Positions 54,896 through 64,000 of a stretch of 64,000 nt of DNA are shown here, piece by piece. The position numbers and the translations under genes are program-made. This stretch comes from the human T2T-CHM13v2.0 reference genome, Homo sapiens. The stretch is taken from NCBI RefSeq assembly GCF_009914755.1, contig NC_060927.1. The stretch is one strand, 5' to 3'. The stretch's first letter is position 1. Each line of letters begins with the position of its first letter. The notes under the pieces were generated by a model. That model did not search any database. It was given only the letters and a program-made list of their open reading frames with translations, and was not told where the DNA came from.

Positions 54896-55689
54896 AATTG
54901 AGTCTAAATCTGACAGATGTAGTCTGTTGGAATTTACCATGTGTAAACATTTATTGTCTATAATCTTTACTGCCAATGATGGCTTTCATTTAAAAAATCT
55001 CTAAATTTCAGCAATAAATTAATTGCTAGAATTTTAGAGGATGGGTTTGTTGTATCCTGAGTAGAAATAAAAATTCTTGCAGCTAAAAGCATTTCCTTGT
55101 ATGTGAAATTAAGGCTTGTGACTACATGCCAAGCAATTCACAAATAAGTATCTTATTCTGGGCTGCCACTTACCCTCTTGGAAGCTTTCTGAGAAAATTA
55201 ATGAGTTTACCCCAAAATTTGTGGAATTCAAGTAAATTTTCACTGGGCTGTTTGATTGCTCACTCTGTTGGGTGGATTATAGTTTATTGGAGGGGGGCCA
55301 TAGTTGACAGTGCAGCTGATGTACCAAGAAATAGGGAAAGAAAATCACCCCAAATAGGTATTAAGATTTTAATTGGTTTCACAAGGCACTCGGCAGACTC
55401 TATTCAGGAGCTAATGATGAATTTTAAAGAAATACCAGAAGAATGCCATCATAACCATTTAGGGATTTCTATTTTACATTCATAAATATTAATTGGACCC
55501 ATTACCACTGTCTAAAAATGGTCTGATAAATATTTACGAAGAACAGCCGGCTATTAGATGTCTTAACCTAGTGCTTCCAACTGTGTTAATTTTGGCAATG
55601 AATGTGCAAATTACTAAGATTGTTTGGGGATTCTAAACTTCGAAAAGCAACGGTGGGGGAGTAGGAGGACATTATTTAAAAATTAGCAA

Positions 55690-56150
55690 GAAAGGGAGAG
55701 GCCAGCAGAAAGCACTGGCTCAACTCTTTCTTCATCTCTAGTTATTGCCCATTCTCCTTCAACTGCTCATATGATCTAGGCCCTGCTGACTAGATCTGCA
55801 TGCCTTGAACTTCTGAGCTAATATGCAAAGAAGCAAGGACGGGGCGCCATACAGTGGCCATATAGTGGCCCCAGTGGAGCAAGGGATGTTGTGCTAGCAG
55901 CAGTAGATGGTGCCCGTGGTGCATGCAGTCTGTAGCATGTATCCTGCAAGGGTGATGTCTGCGTGGCCTTGACTGGATGACTTGGCTCTGCTGTGTGATT
56001 TTGGGTGCTATTCCTGGCTGCAAGCCCCTGAGTCTTGTTGTTCAACCCTTCTTAGGATTATGGGGGCTACCAAAAGCATATTTATGAATTCCTTCAGCTA
56101 AATAAGCCAGAATCAGTTTCTCTTGCTTTAACTAAGAACATTATGTGATA
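55690..56150 (+). mobile_element. ERVL LTR, LTR33-like
   Basis: 3' end ATGAATTCCTTCAGCTAAATAAGCCAGAATCAGTTTCTCTTGCTTTAACTAAGAAC with a GC-richer core. Confidence 0.55.
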
Positions 56151-57899
56151 GAATGATTAACTAAACTTTTAAAAAGCGAACTGTTAGGCTTAAAAAATTC
56201 CCATGGATTGGATTTGATGCATGGTGCACCAAATTTGAAACCTCCCTGATAAATTATAAGTTCCTTCATATACAAAGTGGGAGAAGAGAAAATATAAACA
56301 GAGCCCATACTAATTAGGTTTCTTCATTTTTTTCTCCTACTTATCAAAGTATTACATCATTTTATCTTTTAAAAATTGTAATTTTAGCAGAGAAATTTTA
56401 ATAAAGTAATTCTTTAACAGAGTATTATAGGTTCAGGGAAAAGGTAGGGATCAAGGGTGGAATGGCTAGTGCATAGGGCACATCTAGTTTGCCTTAGATC
56501 TTGACACACCATAGTACCTGTAACAAGCTGGCTGGAAAATGCATATTTCATAGTACCTAAGACAATAGCTCTCCTGGGGAGAAAGAGCAATGTCTTTCCT
56601 TTAGACACAAAGGAACCTTTTTCCTTTCCTTCTTTTAATACTCATACCAATCAGTAAATTTCTACTTTGGACAAAACATTGTGCCAGCAGTCTGGAGAAA
56701 ATTAAAGAAGTGTGAGTCACCTGACTGACCTTAAAGAAAATACATTTGTTCATTCATTTGTTCGTTCATTTATTTTTCAAATGTTTATTACATTCTACTA
56801 GACCCTACAGATTGAAAGATGTACAAGGTATGTCCTTGTCCTCTGGGGCTTATGGTTAATAGGTATTATTACAATTTACCTGACTAAAGACCTATGTGGC
56901 CTCATGATACACAGGAGCCTATAAGATATGTTTATTAGATTATTTATTTACTTTTAGTTAACATTTTAAGCATGTACAAACAATCACCATAACCTATTGG
57001 ATTTTTTTTTGTTAAAAAAATTAGTATTCACTTCTGTGTCTTGAGCCCACAGATATAAGCAGTATATAATCAGAAAGTTATAAATAAACTCAGATTATAT
57101 AGGGAAAGGTGTGCTCCTAAAAACGACACATACATTAATTAAAAGGATGCATCTAAAATTATGACCAAACTATCTTTAGAAGGCAGAAATGTAAAATTAT
57201 ACCTTTAAAAATGAAGACATCATTTATATACTTCAAAAATAAAATGTGATATAGCAGAGATGAATGATCGCTATAGGATTGTATTGGTTTAAGAGAACAC
57301 GATTTCTAAAAAAAAAATTATCGTTGAAAATATATTACCTGTAAGAATGTGAAAGAAATCTAGTAAGAATTTAGGGGAAAAATTATGAAGTCAAAAGCCA
57401 ATTACCTTAATATTTTTCTTATTCCTAAACAATAAGAACAACATTAAAGGAAAACTATCTTGCATTTTAATTGTCTATCTGGCATTAAGGAAGTTCTGCA
57501 AAAATGTAATACAACTGAAAGGCTTCAATTCCAAATTAAAAATCTTCTAGGCTCAGATTAAAATGTGGACTGTTCCATATGAAAAATAATAAAGATGTAA
57601 TTGGCTTACTGGATAGAATAAAAACTTTCTTTGAAGTTTGGAATGACTAAATTCAATTTCTCTGAATATTTCTTTGTATTGTTTTCTCCCAGTGATGCAA
57701 ATTATATTAAATATAATAGCTTACAAAGTTATTGTCTATAAAACACTTGTATCTTTTGTAATTCAGATACAAAGAAAACCACCTTGTGTTAATGATATAT
57801 GCATTTTCACTAACATTTAACATGACAGATATCTCATCACTTTTCCACTAAAATCAGTATAATATTTTTGTTCTATCAGTACTGAATTTAAAAAATCTT

Positions 57900-58182
57900 G
57901 GCTGGGCGCGGTGGCTCATGCCTGTAATCCCAGCACTTTGGGAGGCCTAGGAGGGCAGATCACGAGGTCAGGAGGTCGAGACCAGCCTGGCTAATATGGT
58001 GAAACCCCGGCTCTACGAAAAATACAAAAATTAGCCGGTCGTGGTGGTGTGTGCCTGTAGTCCCAGCTACTCAGGAGGCTGAGCAGAAGAATCGCTTGAA
58101 CCCGGGAGGCAGAAGTTGCAATGAGCTGAGATCAGGCCACTGCACTCCAGCCTGAGTGACAGAGCAAGACTCTGTCCCCCCC

Positions 58183-58219
<37 letters not shown>

Positions 58220-58221
58220 TA
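57900..58221 (+). mobile_element. AluSg-like with A/(AT)n tail
   Basis: GATCACGAGGTCAGGAG..GAGACCAGCCTGG; (AT)n at 58197-58221. Confidence 0.92.
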
Positions 58222-58497
58222 AAATAAAAATAATGACATTAGAAACAAAGAACCATGATTTTATTTAGTGATTCAATATATTTTAAACCTCTTACAAAAG
58301 AGAAGGCCTATGAACAGAATGTAGAATTTCTTGAAGTTTAAATGTTGAAGAACTCCAAAAAGTAAATCCAAGCAACTAATTTAGCAGCCTGGGAGGAGGT
58401 TAAAGACGCTTAACTATGTTAAGACCTGAGTCAGAATCTGGGCTTCCCTTTTTTCTAGGTACTTTACCTTTACTAAGTAACAACTTCTCTGAGCTTT

Positions 58498-58899
<402 letters not shown>

Positions 58900-59469
58900 T
58901 AACTGAACAAAACTTATTTCTTATCTCTTTTTTCACTTTTTGAGCTCTAGTTGGGAAGATAAGCTATAAACCTATGAAAAGGTAATGAAAAATCCAAGAG
59001 TTAAGTCACAATTCACAGGCACTGAGGTGGCTGGAGAAGATGATCTCTAAAGCCCGTTGCAGCTCTAAACATTGATTATTCTATGACAGCTGTATGAGAA
59101 GCGTCAGGGGGCAGTGGATGATGAATTGGCAATTGGAAGGTGTGGACAGTAAGTGCTCTTAGGTCAAAGAGGGGAGCCACTGCCTTGGGCTGGAATGGTT
59201 TAGGAAAACCATTAAAAAAAATTCTGAGCTGGCTGAACTACAACAAAAACTCAATTCAATTAGGAGAGTGACTGGCAAGAGTCTGATTAGAATACAAATT
59301 CAGACCAAGCTAAGGAGAATAAGAAACAAAATACTGGTGAGAAAGGAAAAGGCAGAATCAGCAATTTGGTTTCTGAAACAGACAAAGACTATTAAGTAGC
59401 TATCATGCTTCTCACCCTTATAACAGTCTTAAAAGGCGGGCAAAGTATATTAGCCCTGCTGGAATCTCC

Positions 59470-59960
59470 TTTGAGTGTCAGCATCTGTTAGCAACAAATA
59501 ATAGAAAACCTGGCCATCAGTGGCTTAAACAAAGTCTTTTTTTTTTCCCTTAACTAGAAAAAACCTAAAGGTAAACAGTCCAGAGTTGGTGCCTCTGCAT
59601 AATGACACTGTCAAGGCTCTTTCTTGCTCTTTCTAGCTAGGCTCTTTCTGGGTCTCTGTCTCACCATTGTTAGAATGATGGCATTTGCACTTATATTTTT
59701 GTTGCCTTATGCTCATTTGATGGCTGGTATACCTCTGGGTTTGTACCCCATACTGAAAAGAGACAGAAGGGCAAAGGAGCAGAGAATGTGGGCAGGTGGC
59801 ATACCCATGAGTCTGAGCCTTTTTATTAAGAGAGTTAAAGCTTTCCTGGAAAGTTGCCTGGGAATTGCAAGACTTTCTCTTGAAATTTTCCTCTGGCCAA
59901 AATTGTGTCTCATGGCTGCCCACAGTGGGAGAAAGGGGATGTGGATAGGATTAATCAGCC
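59470..59960 (-). mobile_element. Old MLT1 LTR
   Basis: CAGTGGCTTAAACAAAG...TGGCCAAAATTGTGTCTCATGGCTGCC. Confidence 0.55.
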
Positions 59961-60059
59961 AACCCACACTGAAGACAAAATTGCTGAGGCCTTGTAAAAT
60001 AATTAGTACAAAAGATAAAACCAGGGAATTGTCTTCCTTAATCAGGAATTTTCAACTCA

Positions 60060-61873
<1,814 letters not shown>

Positions 61874-62213
61874 TGTGATGGTTGATATTAGGTATGAACT
61901 TGATTGGATGGAAGGATGTGTAGATGGCTGGTGAAGTATTGCTTCTGGGTGTGTCTGTGAGGGTGTTGTCAGAAGAGACTGACATTTGAGTCAGTGGCCT
62001 GGGAGAGGGGAAGAACAACCTTCAGAGTGGGTAGGAACCATGCAATCTGCTGCCAGTGGCTGGAACATAGACAGAAGAAGAGGGATGAGTAGCTCGCTTG
62101 CTGAGTCTGCTTGGGCTCTCTCTCTCCCGCTGTGTGGTGCTGGACACTTGACTTCCTCTCCTCCTGCCCTTGGACATCAGACTCAACCTTCGGACTCTGA
62201 GACTTGCATAACA
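61874..62213 (+). mobile_element. MLT2 LTR, 5' part only
   Basis: TGTGATGGTTGATATTAGG...CTGGGTGTGTCTGTGAGGGTGTTGTCAGAAGAGACTGACATTTGAGTCAGTGG...CCTTGGACATCAGACTC. Confidence 0.8.
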
Positions 62214-62690
62214 AGTGTCATTATAATCCTCCAGCATGAATGTCAACACAGACCTTAACTCTGATAAGAAACATGTACAATCTATTCTCTCTAAAGCCTG
62301 CTACTTGGACGCCTCATCTCCCTGGTAAAACCTAGGTCTCCACAACACCTTATTGTAATCCAGATATTCCTTTCTATTGATAAAAACTTTTTCAACCAAT
62401 TGCCAATCAGAATATGTTTAAATCTACCTATGACCTGGAACCCCCCGCCACTGCCACCACCCTGCTCCCCACGACCTCTCTTCAAGTTGTCCTGCCTTAC
62501 CAAATGGAACCAATGTAAATCTCACATGTGTTGATTGATGTATTATGTTTTTCTAAAATGTATAAAAGCAAGCTGTTCACCTTGTGAACATGTCGTCAGG
62601 ACTTCCTGAGGCTGTGTCATAGGTGCGTCCTTAACCTTGGCAAAATAAACTTTCTAAATTGAGACTTGTCTCAGATACTTTTTGGTTTAA
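62214..62690 (+). mobile_element. MER4-group LTR, 3' part
   Basis: GTCAGGACTTCCTGAGGCTGTGTCA...GGCAAAATAAACTTTCTAAATT shared with 46395-46460. Confidence 0.8.
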
Positions 62691-62691
62691 A

Positions 62692-62849
62692 ACTTACTGA
62701 TTGAGAATCCAAAATCTGAAAACCCCAAATCTGAAATGCTTCAATGAGCATTTCCTTTGAGTGTCATGTTAGTGTTCAAAAAATTTCAGATTTTGAAGCA
62801 TATTGGATTTTGGATTTTTGGATTATGGATTAGGGATACTCAACCTATA
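62692..62849 (+). mobile_element. Tigger4a (MER46)-like DNA transposon, 3' part
   Basis: AATCTGAAATGCTTCAATGAGCATTTCCTTTGAG...GGATTAGGGATACTCAACCT. Confidence 0.8.
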
Positions 62850-63133
62850 CATAGTGTTATTCTCCCCCATCACTAACATGTAAAAGTTAGAGGTTGTTCA
62901 GTGATTACATCTTTTAAAAATTATAATAAAATATTATAAATTCAGTCTCATATTTTGGAATTTGTAATAATGGAGAAATTGTACAAGTATTATTATCGTA
63001 ATTTTATTTCATCTTTTCTATTGTATTTGCTGGGATTCTATGTTAACATATTATTTGTACTTTTAAAACTTTTTGTTGAAGGAAATACACAGGCAGAAAT
63101 AGGCACAGATTATAATGTATAGCTGAATGAATC

Positions 63134-63852
63134 TGTTACAGTGGTAATTAGGCAAGAGCTGGACAGGAGAGGGCTTCCCCTACCCACCAGGAATGTCAGG
63201 CAACCATCAGGTGATGGTCTGGCAGTTGTCACATCACCTTTCTAAAAATAATAATTGGTTGCAGGCACCAGGGAGAGGCAATTTCCCAATGGATAAAAAC
63301 ACTTGAAATTGGTAATCAACAACTTCCAATAAAATCTCAGGAATTGGGCGAGTGGGCTTGAGTATGTACATTGAAAGGTAAAATGGCAGACTTTAACTGG
63401 TTATATGACCTTCCGGGAGCATTCCACCGGAAAAGGGAAAAAAGCCTCAGGTGGCCATGCATACAACTTCTTAAACACACTGCACCTGCTCATCTCTCAA
63501 GCGCAAGGACAGCATCATGCATGTGGGCTGCCCACTCTAAGGGAAGAATCATGAAAAAAGGAATGCGGAGACACCCGAAATATGCCAACATATAAAACCC
63601 CAAGTCAAAAGGTCAAACACCACATTTGACCTCCACAGTTCTTGCCTGGGTCTCTTCCAAGTGTACTTTCCTTTCTTTCCTGCTCTAAAGCTTTAAAATA
63701 AACTTCTACTCCTGCTCTGAAACTTGCTTCAGTCTCTTTTTCTGCCTTATGCCCCTCAGTCAAATTCTTTCTGCCGAGAAGGCAAGAATTGAGGTTGCTG
63801 CAGACCTGTATCTATTTGCCACCAGTAACTCAGATATTCACTACCCCTAACA
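63134..63852 (+). mobile_element. MER50-like ERV1 solo LTR
   Basis: TGTTACAG...CCACCAGGAATGTCAGGCAACCATCAGGTGATGG...TATAAAACCCCAAGTCAAAAGG...AATAAA...CTAACA; flanks AATC/AATT. Confidence 0.8.
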
Positions 63853-64000
63853 AATTTTACAAAGTGAACACTAAATTTTTATTTCATTTACTAAATGATG
63901 TCTTTATATTGTAAATTAAGGGTGAAGCAGAATCGCAGGTGTAATGTTTCAAATTTGATACATTGGCTGTTTCAGATACAAACCATTTCTTATTGCTTCA

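Overview
64 kb of AT-rich primate, most likely human, non-coding DNA (intergenic or intronic) dominated by interspersed repeats: about 20 Alu/FLAM copies, old L1M/L2/MIR remnants, MaLR/ERVL/ERV1 LTRs, DNA-transposon relics and one near full-length, disabled L1PA4-like element (37071-43047, minus). I find no supportable host protein-coding exon. The longest ORFs in the track are L1 ORF1/ORF2 fragments; the rest are repeat-derived or unassigned. The best non-repeat signals are two 3'-truncated, poly(A)-less retrocopies with target-site duplications (TSDs): a spliced 5' fragment of TOMM40 mRNA (8474-8680, still CpG-rich) and the first 37 nt of U2 snRNA (43205-43241). Also notable: the L1 retains the 129-bp ZNF93-target segment and has an N-extended ORF0, a twin-primed inverted L1 sits inside a nested LTR/Alu stack, an LTR lies inside an Alu tail, two unidentified GC-elevated segments lie at 11.5-13.1 kb, and there are several hairpin/templated-insertion scars. 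I do not see a convincing new biological system. Repeat subfamily names and parent-gene matches come from recalled consensus sequences, not database searches, and boundaries of old repeats are approximate.
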